Position numbers and translations under genes: made by a program. 64,000 nucleotides of DNA, taken from Micrococcaceae bacterium (GTDB taxonomy: Bacteria; Actinomycetota; Actinomycetes; Actinomycetales; Micrococcaceae). The stretch spans positions 145 through 64,144 of the forward strand of contig JASGFC010000006.1 in assembly GCA_047605865.1 (NCBI GenBank), given 5' to 3'. This document shows, piece after piece, positions 19,362 to 28,275 of this stretch (the stretch's first letter is position 1; each line of letters opens with the position of its first letter). The notes under the pieces were generated by a model that searched no databases, was not told the DNA's origin, and saw nothing but the letters and a program-made list of their open reading frames with translations.

Positions 19362-19595
19362 ACGGACAGGGTTGTACCTAGTCTTTTCGTTTGAAGTGAA
19401 GTTCTGTTAGCTCGCCCATTTGAGTTGTTTCAATGAATGCTAACCTTTTTGTGATCTATATACTTTTCTATTTTGTAACTTTATGTAGATCTTTTATCGC
19501 TTTCTGGTTGATACGTTTATGAGCAAAGTGGATCTTAGCTAGATTTTGTTCAGTGTCTGTGAATTTCTTAAATAGAATTTTTTTTGATTTTCTTG

Positions 19596-19601
19596 TATAG
19601 T
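19596..19601 (+). promoter_or_regulatory. Candidate -10 element of tRNA-Leu (no clear -35)
   Basis: TATAGT preceded by an A/T-rich tract with a T8 run. Same spacing to the leader palindrome as in the other three tRNA genes. Confidence 0.3.
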
Positions 19602-19605
19602 TGAT

Positions 19606-19623
19606 ACGTTGTTACTACAACGT
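19606..19623 (+). promoter_or_regulatory. tRNA-Leu leader palindrome
   Basis: ACGTTGT-TACT-ACAACGT, 7-bp arms, ending 1 nt before the mature tRNA 5' end. Confidence 0.7.
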
Positions 19624-19705
19624 GGGCCTGTGGTGAAATTGGTATACACGCCAGATTTAGGTTCTGGTGCTTTACGGCGTGAGAGTTCGAGTCTCTCCAG
19701 GCCCA
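19624..19705 (+). tRNA. tRNA-Leu (anticodon TAG)
   Basis: Hand-folded cloverleaf: acceptor GGGCCTG/CAGGCCC, anticodon stem CCAGA/TCTGG with loop TTTAGGT, long variable arm, T-arm GAGAG-TTCGAGT-CTCTC. CCA not encoded. Confidence 0.92.
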
Positions 19706-19708
19706 CTG

Positions 19709-19745
19709 AAACTCCTTAGTTCTTTGAACTTAAGGAGTTTCTTTT
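19709..19745 (+). terminator. Intrinsic terminator after tRNA-Leu
   Basis: AAACTCCTTA ... TAAGGAGTTT stem followed by CTTTTAGTTTT. Confidence 0.8.
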
Positions 19746-19765
19746 AGTTTTAAGGTTTGAGGTTA

Positions 19766-20290
19766 ATGGTAAATTTGCGGCTTGTTGAACCTGATGATGC
19801 GCAAGAGTTAGCCTCGCTCTATCGGATCAATAGGGAGCATTTGGCTCCATGGGATCCTGCTCGCGATGAAGAATTTTATACGGCACGATGGCAACGAGCA
19901 CTCGTTACCGTTCAACTGCGCCATCATGCTGAAGGTAGGTATTACCCTTTTATTATTGTTCACGAAAATAAAATTATTGGCTGTGTGAACCTTGGGCAGA
20001 TACAACGTGGTTCCTTGGATTCAGCAGATATTGGGTATTGGATTTCTTGCGAGTATCAAGGCCAAGGTATTGCAACGCAAGTTCTTCAAGAAGTTATTCA
20101 TTACGCTTTTAAAGAGTTAAAGTTACACCGTATTCAAGCAAGTGTGATGCCAGATAACATAGCTTCTATTAAAGTTTTAGAGAAGAATGATTTTCTTAAA
20201 ATTGGTTTAGCCCCACAGTATTTAAAGGTTGCTGGTAAGTGGGAAGACCATGAGATTTACCAACGTCTTAGTAACGTAAGTGCTATGTAA
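19766..20290 (+). CDS. GNAT N-acetyltransferase (RimJ/RimL-like)
   Basis: Acetyl-CoA motif QGQGIATQVLQEVIHYAF. Start at ATG 19766 after GAGG. Confidence 0.82.
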   Translation: MVNLRLVEPDDAQELASLYRINREHLAPWDPARDEEFYTARWQRALVTVQLRHHAEGRYYPFIIVHENKIIGCVNLGQIQRGSLDSADIGYWISCEYQGQGIATQVLQEVIHYAFKELKLHRIQASVMPDNIASIKVLEKNDFLKIGLAPQYLKVAGKWEDHEIYQRLSNVSAM

Positions 20291-20404
20291 ACACGTTACA
20301 AGCACACATTCTATGTAGCCTGCAATTAGTACGACATTTCCTTATTTGGAATTATATATATAATAGTATTATGAATCTCATAGTAATTAGCACAAAGGAG
20401 AAAA

Positions 20405-21373
20405 ATGCCTTCCTATGACTATGCTGTTCAAGCAGAAGGTTTAGTTAAAAAGTTCGGAACCAAAAGAGCTGTAGATGGCGTGAATTTACAAGTAGAACCT
20501 GGTATCGTCTACGGTGTTTTAGGCCCAAATGGTGCTGGTAAAACCACCACTATTAACATGCTCGCTACCTTGTTAAAGCCAGATGCTGGAGAAGCAAAAG
20601 TCTTCGGTTTCGATGTAGTCAAAGACCAGCAAAGTGTTCGTGCCAATATTGGTCTTACCGGTCAATTTGCCTCAGTTGATGAGAACATGACTGCAACTGA
20701 GAACCTTGTCCTTTTTGGCAAGTTACTGGGGATGCCGGCAGCTGCTGCGCGCGCTAAAGCAAATTCTCTCTTAGAAGAGTTTGCTTTGATGGAAGCAGCA
20801 AAGAAACCACTCAAAGATTTTTCTGGTGGTATGCGTCGCCGTTTGGATTTGGCAGCAAGTCTTATTTCACAACCGCCACTCATTTTCTTGGATGAACCAA
20901 CTACTGGACTTGATCCTCGAACTCGTGGACAAATGTGGGATACTATCCGTCGCTTAGTTACTGACGGTTCAACGGTATTATTAACGACCCAGTACCTTGA
21001 TGAGGCAGATCAGTTAGCAAAACGCATTGCTGTCATTGATCGTGGCAAAGTAGTGGCTGAAGATACCCCAGATGGGTTGAAAAATTCAGTAGGTACTTCT
21101 TCCATTCAGCTCAAAGTGGCAGATGATACTGCTCAAGCAGAGCAAATCATGCATAACATTCTTGGCTCAGAACCAATTCTATCGCCAGAAGGAAACACTA
21201 TTACTGCTTCAATGAAAGAAGCTAACCAAGTAACGGATGTCTTGCTTGCAATGCGTGAAGCAGGTTTGCATATCGATGAAGTAAATGTACAAAAGCCAAG
21301 TTTAGATGAGGTTTTCTTGACTCTTACTGGTGAAAAAGCTCATGAAGAAGAGGAGATTGATTATGACAACTAA
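20405..21373 (+). CDS. ABC transporter ATP-binding protein (DrrA/ABC-2 type exporter)
   Basis: Walker A GPNGAGKTT, signature FSGGMRRRL, Walker B IFLDEPTTGLD, DrrA-like C-terminal domain. Confidence 0.9.
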   Translation: MPSYDYAVQAEGLVKKFGTKRAVDGVNLQVEPGIVYGVLGPNGAGKTTTINMLATLLKPDAGEAKVFGFDVVKDQQSVRANIGLTGQFASVDENMTATENLVLFGKLLGMPAAAARAKANSLLEEFALMEAAKKPLKDFSGGMRRRLDLAASLISQPPLIFLDEPTTGLDPRTRGQMWDTIRRLVTDGSTVLLTTQYLDEADQLAKRIAVIDRGKVVAEDTPDGLKNSVGTSSIQLKVADDTAQAEQIMHNILGSEPILSPEGNTITASMKEANQVTDVLLAMREAGLHIDEVNVQKPSLDEVFLTLTGEKAHEEEEIDYDN

Positions 21374-22163
21374 GCTTGTAGAAGTGAAACCGGCAAAGTA
21401 TGTTAGTTTTGCTGATGGTTTCAAACAAACACTTGCTATGGCTCAACGTGCTTTGATTCGTATGTGGCGTACTCCAGAACAATCTCTTGATGTGCTCTTG
21501 ATGCCCATTATTTTCACGGTAATGTTCACCTACATTTTTGGTGGTGCTATTTCTGGAAATGTGAAAAGTTATCTTCCCATTATCATTCCAGGTATTATTG
21601 TGCAGACTGTAATTTCTGCTTCTATCGTGACTGGTGTAAACCTTCGCGAAGACATGGATAAAGGCGTTTTTGACCGCTTTCGCGCTATGCCAATTGCTCG
21701 TATTGCTCCATTAGCAGGGGCGCTGATGGCAGACCTTTTGCGCTATATCGTAGCAACAAGTATTACGCTCATCACTGGCTATTTCATGGGATTTAGGCCA
21801 AAGAGTTTTGGTGGCGTTCTGCTTGCAATTGCACTAGTAACTTTCACCGCATGGTGTGTGAGTTGGATCTTTGCTTTTGCTGGTTTGAAAGCACGAAGTG
21901 CAGCTGCTGTTAATGGTATTTCCATGATGATTATGTTCCCATTGACGTTCTTGTCGAATGCTTTCGTAGATCCAAAGACGATGCCGAGCTGGTTACAGAA
22001 GTTCGTGGAGGCAAATCCACTCTCTCATTTGATTACTGCTGTGCGTGAGCTACTCAATCAAGGTCATATCGGACAGCAGGTAGTTTACACTCTAGTTGGT
22101 GCATTGATTATCGTGGCTATTTTTATGCCACTATGTTTACGTGAGTATATGAAAAAGTCTTAG
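21363..22163 (+). CDS. ABC-2 type transporter permease
   Basis: 6 TM helices of the ABC-2 family. ATG 21363 (MTTKLVEV) overlaps the ATPase stop by 11 nt. Confidence 0.85.
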   Translation: MTTKLVEVKPAKYVSFADGFKQTLAMAQRALIRMWRTPEQSLDVLLMPIIFTVMFTYIFGGAISGNVKSYLPIIIPGIIVQTVISASIVTGVNLREDMDKGVFDRFRAMPIARIAPLAGALMADLLRYIVATSITLITGYFMGFRPKSFGGVLLAIALVTFTAWCVSWIFAFAGLKARSAAAVNGISMMIMFPLTFLSNAFVDPKTMPSWLQKFVEANPLSHLITAVRELLNQGHIGQQVVYTLVGALIIVAIFMPLCLREYMKKS

Positions 22164-22173
22164 GTGACTCACA

Positions 22174-22238
22174 AAGTTACCCCAAAAGTTTGAAGTAGCT
22201 CTCTATAGGGGAGTACATAAACCATTTGGGGTAACTTG
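22174..22238. terminator. Long-loop hairpin in the convergent gap (ABC-2 permease / bcp)
   Basis: 13-bp stem AAGTTACCCCAAA / TTTGGGGTAACTT around a 38-nt loop. Confidence 0.4.
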
Positions 22239-22251
22239 TTAGTTGAAAGGG

Positions 22252-22719
22252 TTAAACGCTGAGTTCTTTCATCATGCGAGCAACGTGTCCAGTAGCTTTC
22301 ACATTGTATTTTGCCATTGCAATCTTTCCTTCTTCATCAATGACAAAAGTTGAACGAATAATCCCATTGAAGATTTTGCCATAGTTTTTCTTCTCACCAT
22401 AGGCACCATATGCTGTGGCAATCTCTTTATTCTCGTCAGAAAGAAGTGTGAAAGGGAGTTCTTTTTTGTTTTCAAAATTTTGAAGTTTTGCAGGAGAATC
22501 AGGTGAAATACCAATGACTTCGTATCCTGAGTTGTTAAAAGCTTCAAGATTATCACGAAAATCACACGCTTCTTTAGTGCAACCAGGCGTCATAGCACGT
22601 GGATAAAAGTAAAGTACTACTTTTTTGCCTGCGTAATCACTAAGGCTAACTTCTTTTCCTCGGGCATTTTGAGCTGTGAAATCAGGGGCTTCATCGCCAA
22701 TTTCTAGTTTAGTTGTCAT
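22252..22719 (-). CDS. bcp: Thioredoxin-dependent peroxiredoxin Bcp
   Basis: FYPRAMTPGCTKEAC peroxidatic-Cys motif. ATG 22719 is preceded by AGGAGG. Confidence 0.92.
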   Translation of the reverse strand: MTTKLEIGDEAPDFTAQNARGKEVSLSDYAGKKVVLYFYPRAMTPGCTKEACDFRDNLEAFNNSGYEVIGISPDSPAKLQNFENKKELPFTLLSDENKEIATAYGAYGEKKNYGKIFNGIIRSTFVIDEEGKIAMAKYNVKATGHVARMMKELSV

Positions 22720-22806
22720 AACTCCTCCTCTTTTAAGGATAGAACAATTCATGATGTTTGGCAGTGCTCTTCATGTTCACCTGCTGGCATTTGTTAAAGT
22801 TTAGAT

Positions 22807-23487
22807 ATGGATGAAGTAGAGAATATTATTGAAGCTGTTAACTTTACAACAGAGAAATCAGCATATAACTACCAAGCTGGAGTTGTGGTGAATGGAATTG
22901 AAACCACAGTAACACATGGTTATTGCAATATTGCCAGTAGCCAAATGGAGGGTGAAACAAGCGTTATAACGCACAATCCTCAAGGTCAAGAAATAAAAGA
23001 TTACACCCATAATTTCCTTGATGGTAAGACTGTATACCTTCAAATTCCAAGACCAGACCCTTCAGGAGAAGGCATGATTAAAGAATGGGTGTCTTTTGAA
23101 TCCCCTGGTATATCTACCTCACAAATTTGGATGTTATTTTGGCTCTACGCCACTGTTGATGCAAAAGAGATTCAACCCAATAAGTACCAAATAACTATTG
23201 ACCCTCAGGTGCTGGGAAAACAAGCACCAGCTGATAAAGCTCAAGAACTTGTCTCTGGCCTTCGTCAAAGTGCACTTGGACAGATTCCTGGCATTTTTCA
23301 TGCAGTAGTCACACTCAGTGATGAAGGTGTTATTGATTCTATGAACTTGGTTATCAATGATTACAAATCACCAGAACACGCACAAACTGGTGCTGTTGCA
23401 GAGGCTGCAGAAGTCATTTACGTTTTGCATTTAACACCAACACCGTTGCAACAGTTGAAGTTTCCTGAAGTTAACAAGGGTAATTAA
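22807..23487 (+). CDS. Hypothetical protein
   Basis: 226-aa ORF with no signal peptide. An in-frame stop 4 codons upstream (TAA 22795-22797) fixes the N-terminus. No motif I recognise. Confidence 0.5.
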   Translation: MDEVENIIEAVNFTTEKSAYNYQAGVVVNGIETTVTHGYCNIASSQMEGETSVITHNPQGQEIKDYTHNFLDGKTVYLQIPRPDPSGEGMIKEWVSFESPGISTSQIWMLFWLYATVDAKEIQPNKYQITIDPQVLGKQAPADKAQELVSGLRQSALGQIPGIFHAVVTLSDEGVIDSMNLVINDYKSPEHAQTGAVAEAAEVIYVLHLTPTPLQQLKFPEVNKGN

Positions 23488-23595
23488 GCTGTTTATGGGT
23501 GTAAGAAGTGGCGAAGGATGCTTATTTTGAAAAGAGTTAATTCTTAGATATAACTTGTATGATGAGGCTTTCAGCAGAAGATAACAAAACAAAAA

Positions 23596-23637
23596 AGCCG
23601 CTATGAACCAATAAAATAAAGGTTATAGCGGCTTTTC
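23596..23637. terminator. Bidirectional terminator-like hairpin (hypothetical gene / tRNA-Lys)
   Basis: AGCCGCTAT ... ATAGCGGCT with an A-run upstream and TTTT downstream. Confidence 0.6.
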
Positions 23638-23659
23638 ACTAACGAAGTAAATCCGTTAG

Positions 23660-23732
23660 TGGGCCCTGCGGGGCTCGAACCCGCGACCCACTGATTAAGA
23701 GTCAGTTGCTCTACCAACTGAGCTAAAGGCCC
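23660..23732 (-). tRNA. tRNA-Lys (anticodon CTT)
   Basis: Reverse complement folds as GGGCCTT ... ACTGA-CTCTTAA-TCAGT ... GCGGG-TTCGAGC-CCCGC ... AGGGCCC-A. Confidence 0.93.
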
Positions 23733-23738
23733 AACATT

Positions 23739-23752
23739 GTTGTTTGTACAAC
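23739..23752 (-). promoter_or_regulatory. tRNA-Lys leader palindrome
   Basis: Minus strand GTTGT-ACAA-ACAAC, 6 nt after the -10 and 6 nt before the tRNA 5' end. Confidence 0.7.
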
Positions 23753-23758
23753 TCGATT

Positions 23759-23787
23759 ATTCTAGCAAAAAAAAGTCTGTACAGCAA
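23759..23787 (-). promoter_or_regulatory. Candidate sigma70-type promoter of tRNA-Lys
   Basis: On the minus strand: -35 TTGCTG, 17-nt spacer containing a T8 run, -10 TAGAAT. Confidence 0.4.
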
Positions 23788-23825
23788 AGCAAAGGTATTG
23801 TTTGCCTTAGCTAACTACTTGGATT

Positions 23826-23863
23826 AAAGTGGGGTGAAGAGCTTAAGCTCTTCACCCCACTTT
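23826..23863. terminator. Perfect 38-nt palindrome downstream of the FtsX permease gene
   Basis: AAAGTGGGGTGAAGAGC-ttaa-GCTCTTCACCCCACTTT. 17-bp stem, with only a short T/A run on either side. Confidence 0.55.
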
Positions 23864-23901
23864 GGTTGGTATTTCTTGGTGTATACAGCACAGCGCTAAG
23901 A

Positions 23902-26469
23902 CTACTGCTCTGCTAAACCTTCAACAGGCGAAAGTTTAGCAGCCTTCTTACTAGGAACAATAGTTGCGATAATTCCTGCTGCTGCAGAGATGAACAATAA
24001 CAAGATTAGTTGTAGCCAAGGCAGAGCAATAGTAACTGACCAGACTTTTCCTAGGATTGCAGTTGCTCCTAGTACTCCTAGTGTTGATCCTGCTGTTATG
24101 GCAACAACAGCAGAGATTGATGCAATGAGTAGAGATTCTATACCAAGCATGGTCCTTAGCTGAGTTTTAGTTAGTCCCAAAGCTCTCAACAGCGAAGATT
24201 CTCTCGTGCGTTCCAGTACAGACAGTGAAGCTGTATTAGCAATACCAATCATGGCAATCACTACAGCAAATGCTAACAACCCAATCAGAACTGCCATCAA
24301 AGAGTTGATCATTGTATTTACTGTGAATCTCATGCTCAAACCTCCAGCAGTGTCATCAGGTGTGAGATTGAATTCTTCGACAGCACTATTTTGAACATCT
24401 TGTACTTGTTTACTGTCTAAACCATCCTTTGTCTTGAAAATAAGGACGTTTTCTGCAGCATTCTGATCAACTTTAGCAGCATCTTCAGGTGTAAGAATTA
24501 ACTTTACTGGATTTTGTCTAGTAATATCTTCTTTTACAACAGGGATAGTGATATTGCCATCTGGACCTTGGATATTTACAGTATCTTTGAGTGTACTTGC
24601 CTGCGGAACAACAAGACTGCCTTCAATAGGCTTCACGCCTGGATCTCGGGTAGCTTTTGCGTAGTCTTCAGGAGCGCTCACAAACACATCTACAGATTCT
24701 CCATCAAGTTGAAGAGGGATTCTGCTACCCCTAACTACTTGATCTACTCCTGAGATTTTACTTGCTTTATCAAGAGCCGCATCATCAAAGCTTTCATTAT
24801 TAGCAGGCTGTTTAATCATCAAATCGATAGAACAAGTTTTATCAATTTCTGCGCTCATGGTAGCTTTAGCTGTAGCAGCACCAGCCATGATAGAACTAAC
24901 CAAGGAAACACCAATCAGTAGTGCGGTTGCAGCTGATGCTGTTCTTCGAGGATTCCTTACAGTATTTAAGGCTGCAAGTTTAGCTGTGACTTTGTTGTCA
25001 GAGATTATTTTGCTTAATGACCCCAATAAAGCAGGAATTACTAAACCTGAAACCAACAACAAACCAAGGAAACTTAAAATTCCTGTAAAGATAGCAAGTG
25101 TTGGTTCATGTTGTATAGCACCAAAGACCAAACCAGCACCACCAAGTATGAAAAGTAGAACTCCAACTTTTACTTTAACTTTACCTTGTTTATTGGTAAT
25201 AGTTGCTTCTTGTAATGGATGTAGGGCTTCAATAGGGGCAAGCTGTGTTGCTTTCTTGGCTGGCATGTACGATGCGGCCATAGCAAGCCCAATTCCTATA
25301 GTGCAGGCTAGCAGTGCTTGATTTGGTTTCAAACTTGCTTCTACCCCAGCTGGCATGATGTTCGTTAGAACGGCATAAGCAACAATCCCTTTAAAAGCAA
25401 GGTAACTGAGGATAGTGCCTCCAAGGGATGCCACAAGTCCAACAATCCCAGCTTCTAGTAAAACAGATCTTTTGAGTTGTTTGGATTGTGCACCAAGACA
25501 GCGCAAGAGTGCTAGTTCTCTAGTTCGTTGAGCAAGCAACACAGTGAAGGTATTAGCAATGACCATAGCTGCAACCGCAATAGCAACTACAATGAATAAC
25601 CAAATGAATCCGATGATTCCGGCAGACCCTGATGAAAGTGCGTTAAGTTGGTCATCAACGTATTCTTTTTGAGTCATGACAGTAACATCTGAACCTACTT
25701 CATGAGTTAACTGTTCCTTTAAGTCTGTTGTGTGGGCTGGATCATCGGCTTTCACGGTGAGTAAGGACAAAGAAACTTGGGAATTTGAAGACTGTGGAGC
25801 CCATTTTTCTATCAAATCATCACTTGCAAATACTGCAGCGGCTGCCCCCATAGTATTTTGTGTTGATTGAGTAATGCCAACAACTTGAGGATGAAAAGTT
25901 TCTGTTCGTGAACCATTTGCCGAATTTGGATTATCTCCACTAGCATCGCCTTGCTGTGATTGATCTGTTGATTGACCAGCTACTATGACATCAAGATCGA
26001 TAACATCATCAATTTTTATTTTTCGTGCGTTAGCTGTTGCTTGATCTAGAGTAATCTCGTTCTGACCTTCAGGAAGACTACCTTCAATAATATTATGAGG
26101 ATTTAAATCTGCTGGTGGAGTTTCATTGATGGTAACAGGGATGTTAGTTCCGGAGAAATTACCATAAATACCACTAAACTTTTCTCCAACATCTTTAACA
26201 TTCGCAGTGTTTTTGACCTTCTCGAGGTTTGATTCTGAAATAAGCGGGATATAGTTATTATCATTTGTTTTTTCTACTGGTTTAACCACTAAATCTGCTT
26301 TTGAAACATCTTGGGCAATAGATTGCGTAACAACGCTATTCATAGTGTTGGTAAACATCATGGTTCCCTGAATAAAAGCAACTGAGATACCCAGTGCAAG
26401 TGTAATAGCAATGAGCCTTCGATAATTTGTTTTCAGTTGAGCTAGAGCTGTCATTAACATTTTAGGCAC
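23902..26469 (-). CDS. ABC transporter permease, fused double FtsX (MacB/BceB-type) domains
   Basis: 855 aa. Two 4-TM FtsX bundles, each preceded by a large extracytoplasmic region. Start overlaps the ATPase stop by 8 nt. Confidence 0.9.
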   Translation of the reverse strand: MPKMLMTALAQLKTNYRRLIAITLALGISVAFIQGTMMFTNTMNSVVTQSIAQDVSKADLVVKPVEKTNDNNYIPLISESNLEKVKNTANVKDVGEKFSGIYGNFSGTNIPVTINETPPADLNPHNIIEGSLPEGQNEITLDQATANARKIKIDDVIDLDVIVAGQSTDQSQQGDASGDNPNSANGSRTETFHPQVVGITQSTQNTMGAAAAVFASDDLIEKWAPQSSNSQVSLSLLTVKADDPAHTTDLKEQLTHEVGSDVTVMTQKEYVDDQLNALSSGSAGIIGFIWLFIVVAIAVAAMVIANTFTVLLAQRTRELALLRCLGAQSKQLKRSVLLEAGIVGLVASLGGTILSYLAFKGIVAYAVLTNIMPAGVEASLKPNQALLACTIGIGLAMAASYMPAKKATQLAPIEALHPLQEATITNKQGKVKVKVGVLLFILGGAGLVFGAIQHEPTLAIFTGILSFLGLLLVSGLVIPALLGSLSKIISDNKVTAKLAALNTVRNPRRTASAATALLIGVSLVSSIMAGAATAKATMSAEIDKTCSIDLMIKQPANNESFDDAALDKASKISGVDQVVRGSRIPLQLDGESVDVFVSAPEDYAKATRDPGVKPIEGSLVVPQASTLKDTVNIQGPDGNITIPVVKEDITRQNPVKLILTPEDAAKVDQNAAENVLIFKTKDGLDSKQVQDVQNSAVEEFNLTPDDTAGGLSMRFTVNTMINSLMAVLIGLLAFAVVIAMIGIANTASLSVLERTRESSLLRALGLTKTQLRTMLGIESLLIASISAVVAITAGSTLGVLGATAILGKVWSVTIALPWLQLILLLFISAAAGIIATIVPSKKAAKLSPVEGLAEQ

Positions 26470-27190
26470 CTAACCTTCCAAGTGCTATCAAGACATCATC
26501 GCTAGAAGGCTGTATGAGTTCCCCAGCTACTTTTCCATCTTCTAAAAGAACTACGCGATCAGCAAAGGACGCAGCGTGAGGATCGTGAGTTACCATGATG
26601 ATTGTTTGCCCCATGTGTTGACTACACCTGCGTAGAAGTTGTAGGACTTGAGTACCTACTTTCGAGTCAAGATTTCCAGTAGGCTCATCACCAAAAATGA
26701 CATCTGGTTTAGCAAGTAAAGCTCTTGCTATTGCTACACGCTGCTGCTGTCCACCTGAAAGCTCATGAGGTTTATGGTCAAGCCTGTCTTCAAGAGCTAA
26801 GATTCTAACAATTTCTTGAAACCATTCGTTTTCAGGGCTTTTACCAGCAAGTTGAAGTGGCAACAAGATGTTTTGTTCTGCTGTGAGTGTGGGAACAAGG
26901 TTAAAAGCTTGAAAAACAAAACCTACACGGTCTCGACGTAACTCGGTTAATTCTGTATCTTGCAAAGCTGTTAGCTCAGTATCGCCAATAAAAACGTGGC
27001 CTTCAGTAATGGAATCTAGCCCAGCTAAAGTATGCATAAGTGTTGATTTGCCTGAACCAGATGGGCCCATGATGGCGGTGAATTGCCCTTGAACAAAATC
27101 AACGTTTACATGGTCTAACGCTGTAACTGAAGCAGTTCCTGAATCATAGTGTTTGCTAACATTAACCGCCTGTGCTGCAATAGTTTGCAT
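26462..27190 (-). CDS. ABC transporter ATP-binding protein (MacB/LolD/BceA type)
   Basis: Walker [10 protein letters not shown], signature LSGGQQQRVAIARAL, Walker B IFGDEPTGNLD. AGGAGG SD. Confidence 0.93.
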   Translation of the reverse strand: MQTIAAQAVNVSKHYDSGTASVTALDHVNVDFVQGQFTAIMGPSGSGKSTLMHTLAGLDSITEGHVFIGDTELTALQDTELTELRRDRVGFVFQAFNLVPTLTAEQNILLPLQLAGKSPENEWFQEIVRILALEDRLDHKPHELSGGQQQRVAIARALLAKPDVIFGDEPTGNLDSKVGTQVLQLLRRCSQHMGQTIIMVTHDPHAASFADRVVLLEDGKVAGELIQPSSDDVLIALGRLGA

Positions 27191-27278
27191 CTTTCCTCCT
27201 TGGAATATCGTAGTGATACTTCAAGGTTAGGAAGAATGAGAGAAAGTTGATATTGGACTTTAGTCTAAAGTTTTTATT

Positions 27279-27980
27279 TTAAGATTCATCCTTTGTGATG
27301 ATTTGTTCATCCGCCTTTAGGGGATCAGCTTCTGTAGACTCAAGGTTACCCTGTTTAGTGTTCTTATGTGCTTTATATACCTCATATCCAATACCAATAA
27401 TAGCTAGTACCACCAACACTTCCATAAATTGAGTTACGTGACGTTTCATATATGGATTATGCGCCAGAACGTAACCTAGGGTTGGCATCCAGAGACACCA
27501 AATTGAAGAACCAAGAGTATTGAAAATTACGAACTTTTTGAAATCCATTTGACTGATGCCAGCAAAGATAGGGCCAAAGGTACGCAATAAAGGGAAGAAG
27601 CGACATAAGAGAACTGAGATACCACCGTATTTGTCAAAAAATTCGTGTGCTTTTTGGATGGAATTTTTATTAAAGATAGGCGAGTCAGGCTTATTAAAGA
27701 AAGCCGGACCAGCTCTGTTACCTACAAAAAACCCAACAATTCCACCAAGCCAGGAAGCAGCAAATGCAACAAGATAAATCTGATACAAAGGGTGGTCTAA
27801 CTTGTTTAGACCAATCATGGCCCCAGCAGTAAAGAGAATGGAATCTCCTGGAAAGACAACACCAATTGGTAACCCAGTTTCAATGAAAACAATAACCAAG
27901 ATTGCCAATAAAGCCCATGGGCCTACTGAGTGTAGTATATGGTCAGCATCAAATATATGATGACTTGAACTGATATCCAT
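27279..27980 (-). CDS. DedA-family membrane protein (paralogue 2)
   Basis: DedA/SNARE-associated pattern: IETGLPIGVVFPGDSILF, GNRAGP, FFPLLRTFGPIFAGIS. AGGAGG SD. 13 nt after the PqqD-like stop. Confidence 0.88.
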   Translation of the reverse strand: MDISSSHHIFDADHILHSVGPWALLAILVIVFIETGLPIGVVFPGDSILFTAGAMIGLNKLDHPLYQIYLVAFAASWLGGIVGFFVGNRAGPAFFNKPDSPIFNKNSIQKAHEFFDKYGGISVLLCRFFPLLRTFGPIFAGISQMDFKKFVIFNTLGSSIWCLWMPTLGYVLAHNPYMKRHVTQFMEVLVVLAIIGIGYEVYKAHKNTKQGNLESTEADPLKADEQIITKDES

Positions 27981-27993
27981 TTAGCCTCCTTTT

Positions 27994-28275
27994 TCATTTT
28001 TTCAGTAGGTACCCCTGTTTATAAAGACCTTCTACAAAGACTATAACTTGTTCAGAGATTTCTGCTTCATCAATATTGAACTTTTGGGATAACGTACGGA
28101 TAGTTTTAGCTAAACTCTCAGACTCTTCAATGAGATTCCAAATATATGCTGCTGTATCCAATAGTACAATAGGGATTTGTTGGTCAAATTTGTAGACAAC
28201 CACTCTTTCAGGAGAGCTTTCTATATAGGCAACATCGTCAGGAATGGCAAAGCGCGAATTTTTAGTAATTGCCAT
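27994..28275 (-). CDS. PqqD-family (RiPP recognition element-like) small protein
   Basis: 93 aa matching the PqqD pattern: beta-strands (VVVYKFDQQIPIVLLD) then TAAYIWNLIEE ... IRTLSQKFNIDEAEISEQVIVFVEGLYKQGYLL. Start lies 11 nt inside the 3' end of DedA-1. Confidence 0.7.
   Translation of the reverse strand: MAITKNSRFAIPDDVAYIESSPERVVVYKFDQQIPIVLLDTAAYIWNLIEESESLAKTIRTLSQKFNIDEAEISEQVIVFVEGLYKQGYLLKK

Noticed and set aside
19433-19522. 29-codon very hydrophobic mini-ORF (MNANLFVIYILFYFVTLCRSFIAFWLIRL) in the gap upstream of tRNA-Leu; considered as a type I toxin-like peptide.
   Set aside because: It has no Shine-Dalgarno sequence and no obvious antisense partner. T-rich non-coding DNA readily yields Phe/Leu/Ile-rich frames.
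27198-27226. Hairpin overlapping the AGGAGG SD of the ABC ATPase gene (CCTTGAA ... TCCAAGG on the minus-strand RNA).
   Set aside because: In the transcribed strand only 5 contiguous base pairs form, next to an A.C mismatch. That is too weak to call an RBS-sequestering structure.
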